Virus record (IMG/VR): IMGVR_UViG_3300043960_000133
Span: 25,205-89,204 of that record
Strand: one strand, 5' to 3'
Origin: a virus
Lineage: Duplodnaviria; Caudoviricetes
DNA: 64,000 bases
Below are positions 7,815-18,485 of the stretch, piece after piece. Below the pieces are notes generated by a model. That model saw only the letters and a list, made by a program, of their open reading frames with translations, was not told the origin of the DNA and did no database searches. Within the stretch, counting starts at the first letter, position 1. Each line of letters opens with the position of its first letter. Position numbers and translations under genes: made by a program.

Positions 7815-10562
7815 ATGGCCGACGCAAAAATCAATCTTGAAACCTTTACAAACGACGAAGGGTTAAAGCGCTTGAACAGCGCCCTGGCTGAGGGCACCCA
7901 GGCCGCCGCCGCCATGCAAAAGGAACTGCGGGACCTGGAAAAGGCAACGCAATCCGGAACGAACGCCACTGCCGAACAGGCCAAGGCCATGCAGGATTTA
8001 CGGGAAAAACTGAACGCCCAAAAGCAGGTCAACGCGGAATACAACAAGGCCATTAAGGAAACCGTTAGCAGCCTGGGAAAGGTTGAAGAAAAACACAGTG
8101 CCCTGGGACAGCTGATGGACAACGTAGCCGGAAAACTGGGTGTGAACACCGCGGCGTTTACGTCCCTGGATGTTGCCGCCGGGGCATTTGCTGGTACCCT
8201 GGCCGTCAAGGTGGCCTCCGCCATTGCTCAATTTGTCCAGGACGTAGCCGCCATGGGGGCGGCGGCTGAAAAATCCGCGGCCATGTTTGCAGCCTGGAAA
8301 CCGGCGGCGGAAGACGCGGCGGAAGCCGGTAAACTGTTTAATGCCGTTGGACGCGATACCAATTACGACCTGTCCGCCGTTAAGCAGTGGGGCATGGACC
8401 TGGTTAACCTGGGGTACAGTGCAAACAACGCCGCCTACATGATTAAACTGTGTGCTGATACGGCTGCTGGGTTAGGCAAAGGGCAAGCAGGGGCGGAAAC
8501 ATTAATCCGAACCCTGGCCAGAATCCAGGCGACCGGGGAAGTGTCCAGCCGCCAGATGAAAGAATTGCAGCAGTCCGGGCTGGATATGGATAAAGCGTTT
8601 GAATCCGTGGGCATGACCGCCGAGGAAGCCATGCAGGCTATGGACGATGGCACACTGAACGCCCAGGACGCCGTGGCTAGCCTGACCGACTACATGCACA
8701 CGTTTGACGGGTCTATGGCTGAATCCAAGCAGAACATCATCGACGAATGGGGCGATGTCGAAGGAAACATGGTGACCATCTGTGCCAGCATTGGGGGCGC
8801 CATCTTTGAGGCGTTTGATAAATCCGGGATTGTGCAAACCCTGGTGGATTTTACCCAGGATTTACTGGACCTTGTGTGGAGTGATGGAACCAGCGCGTTT
8901 AGTGAATTTGGGAGCATTGCACAGTGGGCGTTGGATATCATCGATGACGGGCTGGAAGTTGTTCGGACGGCCGTAAAAGCTGTAATCATTATTTTTTACA
9001 AGTTAAATGACGCAGCCCGGAACATTGGGAGTGCCATTGCCGGATACCTGGCACCCATCCTCCGACCGCTGCAAGCAATCTGGGACAAGATTAAATCCAT
9101 CATTTCCACCCTGGGCGGTGCTGTCCAGGAATACGTAGGAACCGCATGGGATGAACTGGTGGGGCCACCGAAAGGCGTACCCCGTGAATACAACGAGGAC
9201 GACAACCATTTCCACACCGCTGTTCGCGCGCCGAAAACGTCCGGCGGCGGCGCGGCCGCCAGCACGCCCCACCAGAGCGCCCCGAAAATGAGCCAGGAAG
9301 AACGGGAGCTACAACGGCAAACGGAAGCGCTCATTAAAAAATACACGGACTGGACCGCCATCAGACAGGCGAACGAAAAGGCGGCCATCGAGGAAATGAA
9401 GGTCCGGGCAACGATGCTGACCGGCGAGGCTAAAGCAGACGCCGACCGGAAGGTCAAGCTGGCCGAGTACAAAAAGACCTATGACGATTTAATCGACAGC
9501 TACGAAAAGGAAATCAAGCTGGCTGAAAACATCCAGGACGACGGGACCCGGCAGGCCGTTGCGGACCGTATCAGCGAGCAGGAGCGGGACGCCAAAGAGC
9601 TTTACGAAGCTCAAATCGAAGCCTTGCAATATGCGGAGCGTCTGAAACAGCAGCAGGCAAATAGCAAGGAATTGATGGCCACGTTTGGTGCCGACCCCAA
9701 CAGCATTAAAGCTTATGTGGCCGCCATTAAAACGACCGTGACGGACGCAATGGCCGAAATCGACCAGGCAATGGCTACAGCGGGCGAAGATCAGGAAGCA
9801 GGCATTAACGGCCTGGCGAAGGTCCTGGGCATGAGTCCGGAAGCCATCAAGGACGAAATGGCCGCGAAAAACGAAACGTTGCAGGAATTTGTCGACAACT
9901 ACAAACAAAAACTAGTTGACGCCGGGGAAGCTGAAACCAACCAGGTTAAAAACACGAAAAACTGGAAGGACGCAATGGTGAGTTACTGGCAAGAGGCTGG
10001 CAAATCCATGGGCGAGGCTTTTAGCAGCATTTTGACCGGGACGAAATCCGCGGGTGCTGCCCTGGGTGATTTCGTCAAGACGATTTTCCAGAACGCGTTA
10101 AAAATTGCCACGGAATGGCTGGGCTTGTTCGCTATTTATTCCATCGTGGGCGACCCGAAACTGGCCGCCCGTTGGGCAGGACATACCCTGTTTGGTATGG
10201 ATTTCGGCGGTGTGACCAAGGGCAAGTTTGGTTTTGCGACCGGCGGCTACGTTGCCGGTCCTGGAACCGGAACAAGCGACTCCATTCCGGCAATGCTGAG
10301 CAACGGGGAATACGTCATTACGTCTCAAGCGGTTAACCGCGTTGGGCGGGATAACCTGGATGCAATCAACGCCGGGCGCGTGCCGGACCTGGGCACCGGC
10401 GGCGGCGTTACCGCAATTTCCGGCGGAAACGTTACGTTAAATGTGTCCGCGGTTGACGCGTCCGGATTCAGTGCATTTTTACAGCGCGGCGGCCTGGATG
10501 CAATCAAGCAGGCATTGTTTGATAACAATCGTAATTTTGCCGCAGATAGCGGGGTGTGGTAA
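7815..10562 (+). CDS. Tape measure protein
   Basis: 915 aa, Ala-rich and helical; C-terminal FATGGYVAGPGTGTSDSIPAMLSNGEYV typical of tape measure proteins. Confidence 0.92.
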   Translation: MADAKINLETFTNDEGLKRLNSALAEGTQAAAAMQKELRDLEKATQSGTNATAEQAKAMQDLREKLNAQKQVNAEYNKAIKETVSSLGKVEEKHSALGQLMDNVAGKLGVNTAAFTSLDVAAGAFAGTLAVKVASAIAQFVQDVAAMGAAAEKSAAMFAAWKPAAEDAAEAGKLFNAVGRDTNYDLSAVKQWGMDLVNLGYSANNAAYMIKLCADTAAGLGKGQAGAETLIRTLARIQATGEVSSRQMKELQQSGLDMDKAFESVGMTAEEAMQAMDDGTLNAQDAVASLTDYMHTFDGSMAESKQNIIDEWGDVEGNMVTICASIGGAIFEAFDKSGIVQTLVDFTQDLLDLVWSDGTSAFSEFGSIAQWALDIIDDGLEVVRTAVKAVIIIFYKLNDAARNIGSAIAGYLAPILRPLQAIWDKIKSIISTLGGAVQEYVGTAWDELVGPPKGVPREYNEDDNHFHTAVRAPKTSGGGAAASTPHQSAPKMSQEERELQRQTEALIKKYTDWTAIRQANEKAAIEEMKVRATMLTGEAKADADRKVKLAEYKKTYDDLIDSYEKEIKLAENIQDDGTRQAVADRISEQERDAKELYEAQIEALQYAERLKQQQANSKELMATFGADPNSIKAYVAAIKTTVTDAMAEIDQAMATAGEDQEAGINGLAKVLGMSPEAIKDEMAAKNETLQEFVDNYKQKLVDAGEAETNQVKNTKNWKDAMVSYWQEAGKSMGEAFSSILTGTKSAGAALGDFVKTIFQNALKIATEWLGLFAIYSIVGDPKLAARWAGHTLFGMDFGGVTKGKFGFATGGYVAGPGTGTSDSIPAMLSNGEYVITSQAVNRVGRDNLDAINAGRVPDLGTGGGVTAISGGNVTLNVSAVDASGFSAFLQRGGLDAIKQALFDNNRNFAADSGVW

Positions 10563-11131
10563 TGGCACTAAAAAAATTCCCCCAGGAAATTAAGCACCTG
10601 ACATGGAACAGCAAATTTAAACAAAAGTGGAATACACAGGTGCAAACGTCCGGATCCGGAATGGTCCGGACGTTGACCAATCAGCTGTATCCGCAATGGA
10701 CCATCACAGAAACGTTCGGTCTGCTGGACGACGATACCGCGAATAAGCTAATGGCATTTATTGCCAGCGTCAAGGGCGGGTACGAGCCGTTTTTGTGGCT
10801 GGACCACACGTTAAACCGGGAAACCGGGCGGGCGTTGCCAGTTATCGTGCCGGGAAAATACCAGGCGGTTTGGAGCCTGGATGGATACGTGGAACCGGCG
10901 GACTACATCGAGGATGTGACCGTCTACGTGGACGGCAAAAAGCAGACAAGCGGTTACAGCGTGTCCGGCGGCGTCATCAGCTTTTCCACGGCACCGGCAA
11001 CGGGGGCCGTGGTGACAGCTGATTATACGTACTGGTTTAAAGTGCGTTTTTCCGACGATGGGGGAGAGTTAACTAGAGTTTTCGAAAACGTTAACAATTC
11101 CAGTAGCTTTAAAATGGATGTGGTACGATGA
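10556..11131 (+). CDS. Distal tail protein, DUF2460/GTA-like
   Basis: KWNTQVQTSGSG, APATGAVVTADY, VRFSDD motifs. Confidence 0.75.
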   Translation: MVMALKKFPQEIKHLTWNSKFKQKWNTQVQTSGSGMVRTLTNQLYPQWTITETFGLLDDDTANKLMAFIASVKGGYEPFLWLDHTLNRETGRALPVIVPGKYQAVWSLDGYVEPADYIEDVTVYVDGKKQTSGYSVSGGVISFSTAPATGAVVTADYTYWFKVRFSDDGGELTRVFENVNNSSSFKMDVVR

Positions 11132-11709
11132 AACAAGTAGACGCCAGTCTGACGGCCTATTTAAACACACAAAAACAAATACAGAGTTGTGATTTATACG
11201 ATATTATCCTGGCTAATGGCAATCACTATTACTATACGGATGCCGATATTGACATCAACAACGGCGGGACGGTTTACCAGCACGGTAAACTGCTGTTTAA
11301 ACGGCAGCAGATTAAATTAAATTCCACCCTGACCGTTGACACCCTGAGCGTGACCATTTACGCCGGAAAAACCGATATGATCGAGAGCAAATCCGTGATG
11401 AAGGCCGCGCTAGACGGGACCATGGACCGGGCGCGTCTGCACCTTAAACGGTGCTTTTTCCGTGACGGTGCCGTCGTGGGCACCGTGGACCTGTTCGCGG
11501 GGAAAATCGAAATCAAAAACGCGGGCGGTTTGCAGCTGCAACTGTCCATCAAGGCGGAAACGAGCGGCCTGAACATGAATTTCCCCATCCGGAAATATTA
11601 CCCCCAAGGGAGCTTTTCCACCGGTTCCGGCGGCGTCGTCACGGCGTCAAGCACGGACAGTAGCGCGGTGATCGCGCCGTACATTCCGCGCAAGGAGGTG
11701 CTGCTATGA
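11128..11709 (+). CDS. Baseplate hub, DUF2163-like
   Basis: CDLYDIILANG-YYYTDAD motif; position between DUF2460-like and NlpC/P60 genes. Confidence 0.7.
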   Translation: MKQVDASLTAYLNTQKQIQSCDLYDIILANGNHYYYTDADIDINNGGTVYQHGKLLFKRQQIKLNSTLTVDTLSVTIYAGKTDMIESKSVMKAALDGTMDRARLHLKRCFFRDGAVVGTVDLFAGKIEIKNAGGLQLQLSIKAETSGLNMNFPIRKYYPQGSFSTGSGGVVTASSTDSSAVIAPYIPRKEVLL

Positions 11710-12182
11710 GCGAGCAAGGCGACCGAATTGCGGCTGCTGCTTTAACCTGGTTGGGGACGCCCCACGTAAACGAGGGCAAGGCCAAAGGGCACGGAGTGGA
11801 TTGTGGGATGCTGCTAATTTGCAGCCTGGAGGACGCCGGACTGGTAAAACGCGGCGAAATCAAGGTTAACCATTACTCCAACATGTGGCACCTGAGCCAC
11901 GGGGAAGAGTGGTTTAAATCCATTGTGGAGCGGTATTGCGACAAAGTGGATACCATGGAGCGGGGCGACTTTTTACTGTATCAGTATGGCCGGTGCGTCA
12001 GTCACGGCGGCGTTTATATGGGCAACGGCGTTGTATGCCATGCCCGTGTGGAGCAGGGCGTTATCCTGTCATCTGTAAATGACGTTGATTTTTTGGACGC
12101 CCGCGGAAACAGCCGCCTCCGGGGGATTTATCGGTTTAGCATTAAAAAACGAGACGAGGTGAGAGCGAATGGGGCTGTTTAG
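11706..12182 (+). CDS. Tail-associated NlpC/P60 cell-wall peptidase
   Basis: WLGTPH...GVDCGML...SHGGVY catalytic Cys/His pattern. Confidence 0.85.
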   Translation: MSEQGDRIAAAALTWLGTPHVNEGKAKGHGVDCGMLLICSLEDAGLVKRGEIKVNHYSNMWHLSHGEEWFKSIVERYCDKVDTMERGDFLLYQYGRCVSHGGVYMGNGVVCHARVEQGVILSSVNDVDFLDARGNSRLRGIYRFSIKKRDEVRANGAV

Positions 12183-15100
12183 AGGGCGGACCGTTACCAC
12201 GCGGGCCAATAAAATCAGTGATTTTACCGTTGCAACGGCCAGTTACGGCGGAGCTGTCCCAGTGGTCTACGGCACCAGCCGCCTGGCTGGCAACGTGATT
12301 TACTACGACGATTTTACTGCCCACGAACATAAAGAGACACAACGGACCGGGAAGGGCGGTAAAAGCAAATCCGTGTCCATTACGTACACGTATACCGTTG
12401 CCGTTATCCTGGGTTTATGTGAGGGGCCTATCCACAGTATCGGCAAAGTGTGGTTAGGCAAGGACGTATACCAATATCCCTCCGATCAGATCGGTATGAC
12501 GCTATACGACGGGAGCCAAAAAGCCCCCTGGCCGTACGTAAAGGGCAAGCACCCCGACAAAGCGTTGACCTATGAAAACCTGGCTTATATGGCGGGCGTT
12601 ATCGACCTGGGCGACAGCGGGTCTATGCCTGATTATAATTTTGAGGTCCGCGGGATGTTGACTGACACCGGCGACGGGACCGATGCAAACCCGGCGGATG
12701 TAATCCGGGACATCCTGGATAAAGTAGGATTATCCAGCGTCGAGATTATCGGCCTGGACAACTACCGCAAGTATTGCCGTGAAGCGGATTTACTGATTTC
12801 CAGCCCGACGGACACCACAGAGGCAAAGGCTGCACACGATATTATCAACGAGCTTATGACGCTAACCAATGCGTATATGTTTTGGAGCAATAATAAATTT
12901 AAAATCGTTTGCAAGGCTGACCGCCCCGTGGGCAGCTGGACGCCAGACACCACCATCCAATACGACTTAACCGCGGACGACTTTTTGGAGAGCAACGGCG
13001 CCCTTGTGACATGCCAGCGCAAGGACAGTTCAGAAATTTATAATCGTTTTCTGGTAGAATTTATTAGCCGGAAAAACAGCTACGAAACTGAAACCGTGGC
13101 TTATGAGCTGAAAGACGACATTGCGGAATACGGACTCCGTCAGGCCAGCAGTACAACGGCGCACTGGTTTTATACGAAGGAGCGGGCCGTAAAGGTTGCT
13201 GAACAGCTGGCAAGGGACGCCCTGTACGGCCGCAACAAATTTACGTTTAAACTTGACTGGGCGTTTTGCCGCCTGGAAGTCGGCGACCAGGTGACACTGA
13301 CGGACAGCGCCCTGGGGCTGGATAAAACGCCGGTAATGATTGACAGCGTGACCGAAAACACGGACGGGACGTTGACGTTTACCGCCATCAGCCGCCCGCC
13401 GATGCAAGCAAGCAAACCTGCTTATGATGTGCACGAGGGCGACCGGCCATACATCGACTATAACGCCGACGCGCCGGACACAGACACGCCGCTTATCATG
13501 CAGCCGCCCGCGGAACTGACTACAAGCGGCCTGGAAGTATGGATTGGAGCAAAGGGCAAGGGCGACCTATGGGGCGGTTGTGAGGTCTACGTTGCCGATG
13601 ATGGGACCAACTACAGGGCGGCCGGAACCATTGCTAGCAGCGCCCGGGTGGGAACCCTGGCCAAAAGCGTCAAGGCCGCGGACACCAGCGTGGAAGTGTC
13701 TTGCAACGGCACGTTTTTGTCCGGCACCGCCCAGGATGCAGAGCGGGGCAACACCCTCTGCTGGGTAGATGGGGAGTGTCTGAGCTATCAGGGCGCCACG
13801 TTGCTAGACAACGGGCATTGGAGGCTTGACGGCTGTATCCGCGGACAGCATACCACCACAGCCGCGGCTCATGACGCCGGGGCACAGTTTGCGCGCCTGG
13901 ATGCAGGTCTGCTCCGTATCCCGTTTTTGTCTGAGGACGTAGGCAAAAAGGTGTATTTAAAATTTGTGTCCTTTAACGTTTTCGGGGCAGGGGTGCAAGA
14001 CCTGGCCAGCGTAAAGGCGTACGAATACACCATCAAAAAATACCATATCCCGGCCGTAAAAAACGTACGGGCTTACAACCGCTACCGGCACCTGGCTGAC
14101 GGCGTTAGCAGATACGACGTAATGGTCCAGTGGGACCCGCCGGATTTAGAGAGTTACGCCGCCGGGCAGGTGTGGTACAGGACCAACGCCGGGCAGGTGC
14201 AGGATTTAACGGCAGTTAACGGCGTACCGGCAAGCGAGCTGGGCTATTACGGTAAATGGACTTTTGGTGGGCAAGGCAAAAACGAGGTTGTAATCCCCCA
14301 GGCTGTAGTGGGGGACACCTACGAAATCGCAGTTACGACCGTTGATAAATGGGCCGCAAGTACGGATCCCGACCTTGCCCCAAAGGTCAAGATTACCGTT
14401 GCCATGCGCACCATGGTACCCAACACGCCGGACGGCTTTACCCTGGCATTTGGCAAGACAGCAACGGCCGCGTGGAATGAAGTCACGAATACGGACGTCA
14501 TGTACTACGAAATCCGGCGGGATAACGCACCGGGAGCTGAAACCGCTGGCCTGCTAGCACGAACGAGCGGAATGTCTGCAACCGTTGCTCTAAACGCCCG
14601 GTCTGGGCGGCTGTATCTGTTCGCCCGAAACGCCCTGGGTAAATACAGCGTTCCGGCGGTGCTGGATTACAACAAGACGGCACCGGGAAAACCAGATGCA
14701 CCGACGCTTAAGAACACTATGACCGGATTTTCCGTTGCCGGGCAAGGTATCCCGGCGGACGCCATCGGGATGATGGTATACATCAACGACGGCGACGCCG
14801 TAAAGACGGAAAACGCGGTCATGAGCTATAACTGCGAGCCGGGTGTCTATGATGTAGCTATTGCATACTATGATATGTTTGGAGCCGGGGGGCGGTCCGA
14901 AACGACCCGGACAACGGTAAAAATCATCATTGACGAAACCAACATCAAGGACGAGGCTATCAGCCTAGCGAAGGTTGATAAGACCATCCAGGACGCCGTA
15001 AAAGAAGCCCAAGGAATATCCGGCAAGGTTGCCGAAATCAAGCAGACCACGGACAGCATCCAAGCGACCGTTGCCGACGATAAAAAAGAGCTGGCCAGCC

Positions 15101-16272
15101 AGATTACGCAAAACAGCGATAAAATTACCAGCGTGGTTACTAACCTGGGAGACAGTGCAAAAGCGAAAGAAGCCTATAGCGCAATTGCCCAGATGCAAGA
15201 TGATATTGCGTTAAGGGTTAAATCTGGGGAAGTTGTGTCCCAGATTAATCTGAGCAAAGAAGGCGTACAGATTGACGGCAAGCTGCTGCACGTAACCGGG
15301 GAAACGGTGTTTGATAACAACGTCGTAACTAGTAAGATGCTACAAGCGGCCAACATTTCCCTGGAAGGCGCCCTGGCTATTACCGGCGGAAACGTTTTTC
15401 TCAACGAAGATGGTATGCAGGTTAAGCAGAGCAATGGCGAATCCATTATGTTTGACGGGAAAGGTATGACGTTTTTTGACGCGTCCGGTAACGCCTACAA
15501 CAGCGTCCGCCGTATGATTATCGGCACGGCAAAGCATAACCAGTACGTAAAATTCCCCGTGGCGTGGCCCGCCGCCCCGAAAGTCCTTGTAACCCCGCTG
15601 TCTGTAACCACAGCAGACAATAATAAAAGCGGGGCCATTATCCGTATCCACTGCCGGGCAACCGACGTAAGCACAAACGGTTTCCGGGTTATGTGTTATT
15701 CCGGGATAGACAACACAAGCTACTGGCAGAGCGTAAACACGGATTTAGGCTCTTTTTCCGGGGCAAGAGGGTATACTGACGACTCAATCCGTCAGACGTT
15801 TTCGTGGACGCAAAATATTAGCGTGGACAGCCGGGCAAGACTTATCCGGCTGAACCTGTATTTTAGCGGTATTTGGCACGCCAAAGGTACGGGTATTGGA
15901 ATTGGGAAAAGCAGCAAGAACGACGCCCCCTTTACCCGTGTAACGGTAACGGCAGCGGGTAAAACCGTGCTGTCCGAAGATGTGGGCGGCACGGACGGCG
16001 ACTACTTTGATAACTGGAGCGGGCAGAGCGTCCAGACCTCCCAGTTTCAGATCCCGTCGGTAAGCACTATTACGGTAAATATCCAGTGGCGCCCTCGGGC
16101 TGACCACATGGGGAATAGCAACGATGCGGGAGATGTTGGAGATGGCAGATGTACCCTGCAGAGCATTGAAGGCATAATGCAGGGCGACGACTCTACTCAA
16201 GTTATTGACAGTGACGGGACGGCCCTGTTTTTGGCAATCGACCAGTCCACTCAGAATTACTCAGTAAGCTAA
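12169..16272 (+). CDS. Large central tail / host-specificity protein with FN3-like domains
   Basis: 1367 aa; VPVVYGTSRLAGNVI N-terminus, LEVGDQVTL, FN3-like segments, coiled coil and VSQINLSKEGVQIDG motif. Confidence 0.82.
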   Translation: MGLFRGRTVTTRANKISDFTVATASYGGAVPVVYGTSRLAGNVIYYDDFTAHEHKETQRTGKGGKSKSVSITYTYTVAVILGLCEGPIHSIGKVWLGKDVYQYPSDQIGMTLYDGSQKAPWPYVKGKHPDKALTYENLAYMAGVIDLGDSGSMPDYNFEVRGMLTDTGDGTDANPADVIRDILDKVGLSSVEIIGLDNYRKYCREADLLISSPTDTTEAKAAHDIINELMTLTNAYMFWSNNKFKIVCKADRPVGSWTPDTTIQYDLTADDFLESNGALVTCQRKDSSEIYNRFLVEFISRKNSYETETVAYELKDDIAEYGLRQASSTTAHWFYTKERAVKVAEQLARDALYGRNKFTFKLDWAFCRLEVGDQVTLTDSALGLDKTPVMIDSVTENTDGTLTFTAISRPPMQASKPAYDVHEGDRPYIDYNADAPDTDTPLIMQPPAELTTSGLEVWIGAKGKGDLWGGCEVYVADDGTNYRAAGTIASSARVGTLAKSVKAADTSVEVSCNGTFLSGTAQDAERGNTLCWVDGECLSYQGATLLDNGHWRLDGCIRGQHTTTAAAHDAGAQFARLDAGLLRIPFLSEDVGKKVYLKFVSFNVFGAGVQDLASVKAYEYTIKKYHIPAVKNVRAYNRYRHLADGVSRYDVMVQWDPPDLESYAAGQVWYRTNAGQVQDLTAVNGVPASELGYYGKWTFGGQGKNEVVIPQAVVGDTYEIAVTTVDKWAASTDPDLAPKVKITVAMRTMVPNTPDGFTLAFGKTATAAWNEVTNTDVMYYEIRRDNAPGAETAGLLARTSGMSATVALNARSGRLYLFARNALGKYSVPAVLDYNKTAPGKPDAPTLKNTMTGFSVAGQGIPADAIGMMVYINDGDAVKTENAVMSYNCEPGVYDVAIAYYDMFGAGGRSETTRTTVKIIIDETNIKDEAISLAKVDKTIQDAVKEAQGISGKVAEIKQTTDSIQATVADDKKELASQITQNSDKITSVVTNLGDSAKAKEAYSAIAQMQDDIALRVKSGEVVSQINLSKEGVQIDGKLLHVTGETVFDNNVVTSKMLQAANISLEGALAITGGNVFLNEDGMQVKQSNGESIMFDGKGMTFFDASGNAYNSVRRMIIGTAKHNQYVKFPVAWPAAPKVLVTPLSVTTADNNKSGAIIRIHCRATDVSTNGFRVMCYSGIDNTSYWQSVNTDLGSFSGARGYTDDSIRQTFSWTQNISVDSRARLIRLNLYFSGIWHAKGTGIGIGKSSKNDAPFTRVTVTAAGKTVLSEDVGGTDGDYFDNWSGQSVQTSQFQIPSVSTITVNIQWRPRADHMGNSNDAGDVGDGRCTLQSIEGIMQGDDSTQVIDSDGTALFLAIDQSTQNYSVS

Positions 16273-16281
16273 GGAGGAAGC

Positions 16282-17772
16282 ATGAAGCAAACGACATTTC
16301 AGCACCCCGAACTGAGGGATGCCAACGACAACATCATCCAGGAGGGGACCTACGGCAAGGCATCCCCTCTAGTCAACAGCGATAACACCGGGGTACTGGA
16401 CTACATCAACAATAACCTGATGTATCTCTACAACAACACCATGGGCGGAACCGGCGGGGAAATCAACGCCGAAACGATTACCGGCAAGACGGGGACTATC
16501 ACCAACCTGACAGCAACGACGGTTAATGCTGGCACAGTGACAGCCGACGCCCTGAACGGGCCGTTGACCGGCAATGTGACAGGTAACTTAACCGGGGATG
16601 TTACCGGTAATTTAATAGGTGATGTTACAGGTAATTTAAGCGGTAATGTAACGGGTGATGTTACAGGTAATTTAACTGGAGATGCTACGGGCAATCTAAC
16701 CGGCACCGCTGACAAAGCCATTGCAGACGGGAGCGGAAACAACATTGCCAACACCTATGTTACAAAATCGGCTCTTGCATCCAGCGTTACCACAGCAACG
16801 GGGAATGTCACAACGTTAACGGCAACCGACACAACGTTAACCAACGTCACGATTACCGGTGAAACCTCTGTCCCCACGGCCAACGCAGGAAACTCTAGCA
16901 AGGCCATTGCAAACACCGAATTTGTAGCCAAGTCCCTTGCGGCCCTGGTAGACTCTGCCCCGGCGCAGCTGAATACCTTGAACGAGCTGGCAACGGCTCT
17001 GGGCAACGATGCTAACTTTGCCGCCACCATCACAGCGGAACTGGCCAAAAAGCTGAACAGCGCCGAAGCCGAAAGCACATACGCCACCAAGACGGAAGCC
17101 GGGGTGCCGTACCAGATTAAACGGAACACGGCGTACAAAGTCGGCGACGTGCTGACCTCTCCGTCCTTGCCTCCCGGCTGTGTAATCGTTGTCACGCAAG
17201 CAGGGACAACGGGTAGCACCGAACCGGACTGGGCAACCATTAAAAGTAACATGGGGGGGGTAATAACTGATAATACTGTAACGTTTTATATAAACGATAC
17301 ACTGAGCAAGCACAGTGTAGGGGATATTGTCTATAAGCCTATGACAAAGGTAACGGAACATGAATACCTTCTGCCGCTGGACGGACAGACGATTGATGGG
17401 GTGACGTATAAACGGCTGGTGGATTATCTGGGAACCAACGTGCTACCGAACCTTAACGGTAGGTATCTGAGAGCTGACACCACACCGGGGAAAATGGTGG
17501 AAGCGGGATTGCCGAATATCACGGGGAATTTTGGGAGTGCTAACGGTGCTATATTGTCGTTTTTTAACATAGGCGAAGGAGCGTTCTCTGCTGAAATACC
17601 GGGCAAAGATTCTCGTTCCTATGACGGTTTGCCCGCTAATACCACTCCTTACGCAAAAGGTTACACGAACACGATTAATTTTAATGCTTCCAGTTCGTCC
17701 TCTATCTACGGCAAATCCACCACCGTTACGCCCTTAACCTACACCGTACGAGCCTACATTGCATACGCATAA
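16282..17772 (+). CDS. Tail fibre / receptor-binding protein
   Basis: TG(N/D)(V/L) repeats, APAQLNTLNELATALGNDANFA fibre motif, collar-like LPNLNGRYLRA-GLPNITG. Confidence 0.85.
   Translation: MKQTTFQHPELRDANDNIIQEGTYGKASPLVNSDNTGVLDYINNNLMYLYNNTMGGTGGEINAETITGKTGTITNLTATTVNAGTVTADALNGPLTGNVTGNLTGDVTGNLIGDVTGNLSGNVTGDVTGNLTGDATGNLTGTADKAIADGSGNNIANTYVTKSALASSVTTATGNVTTLTATDTTLTNVTITGETSVPTANAGNSSKAIANTEFVAKSLAALVDSAPAQLNTLNELATALGNDANFAATITAELAKKLNSAEAESTYATKTEAGVPYQIKRNTAYKVGDVLTSPSLPPGCVIVVTQAGTTGSTEPDWATIKSNMGGVITDNTVTFYINDTLSKHSVGDIVYKPMTKVTEHEYLLPLDGQTIDGVTYKRLVDYLGTNVLPNLNGRYLRADTTPGKMVEAGLPNITGNFGSANGAILSFFNIGEGAFSAEIPGKDSRSYDGLPANTTPYAKGYTNTINFNASSSSSIYGKSTTVTPLTYTVRAYIAYA
16567..16704 (+). 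repeat. 12-bp-period coding repeat, about 11 units of TG[ND][VLA]
   Basis: Translation TGNV TGNL TGDV TGNL IGDV TGNL SGNV TGDV TGNL TGDA TGNL TG. Confidence 0.9.
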
Positions 17773-17826
17773 AGCCGTTCTACACATTGGCGTATATCAT
17801 GAAATTGTAAACAAGGAGATTACAGC

Positions 17827-18120
17827 GTGAACGATATCATCATCGAGGGATTAAGCACCGTATTGAGCCTAGCCATTGGCGGGCTTATCGGCTACGTCGT
17901 GGCCTACGTTACCGGCCTTAAAGCAATCCGCAAGGGGATGCAGTTAATCTTGCGTGCGTCCCTTAACGATATGTACATCTGTTTCCAGCAACAGCCGCCA
18001 ACGGCTGACGATAAACAGGCGTTCGAGGAAATGTTTTCGGTCTACGAAAAATTAGCCGACAACGGCGTAATGGATGTGAAGCATAAAGCCGTATTGCGGA
18101 TGAAAGAGGCGGTAAAATGA
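17827..18120 (+). CDS. Holin-like membrane protein
   Basis: N-terminal hydrophobic helix; first gene after the tail fibre; RBS AAGGAG. Confidence 0.5.
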   Translation: MNDIIIEGLSTVLSLAIGGLIGYVVAYVTGLKAIRKGMQLILRASLNDMYICFQQQPPTADDKQAFEEMFSVYEKLADNGVMDVKHKAVLRMKEAVK

Positions 18121-18485
18121 TAAAACGATTCCTCCGGCGTTTACAGCGCTGGAAAGCCGCCGCATTGTCCCCCATGGGGTTTATTATGATAATCGCCTCG
18201 GCCTTGCTGTTTGAGTTATGCCTTATGCCCATGGCCTGGACAACGGGGTGGATTTATCATCTGTCATCTGACTGGTATTTCCGTATGTTGGACGAATTGC
18301 GAAAAAACGTAAATACGAGTTTTGCCCCGGCGGTCATATCCGGGGCAATTTTAATTGCGGGATACCTGGTGAATCGTAACCATGATAAAATCCCGGATAA
18401 AATGGAAGGAGATCAGAAAAATGCTGCAAGAAATCCAGTTCCAACGGAACAAACAAAGGATTTATGCAATGGACGAAAATTATAA
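18117..18485 (+). CDS. Two-TM membrane protein, putative holin
   Basis: Two hydrophobic segments; in the lysis cassette. Confidence 0.5.
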   Translation: MIKRFLRRLQRWKAAALSPMGFIMIIASALLFELCLMPMAWTTGWIYHLSSDWYFRMLDELRKNVNTSFAPAVISGAILIAGYLVNRNHDKIPDKMEGDQKNAARNPVPTEQTKDLCNGRKL

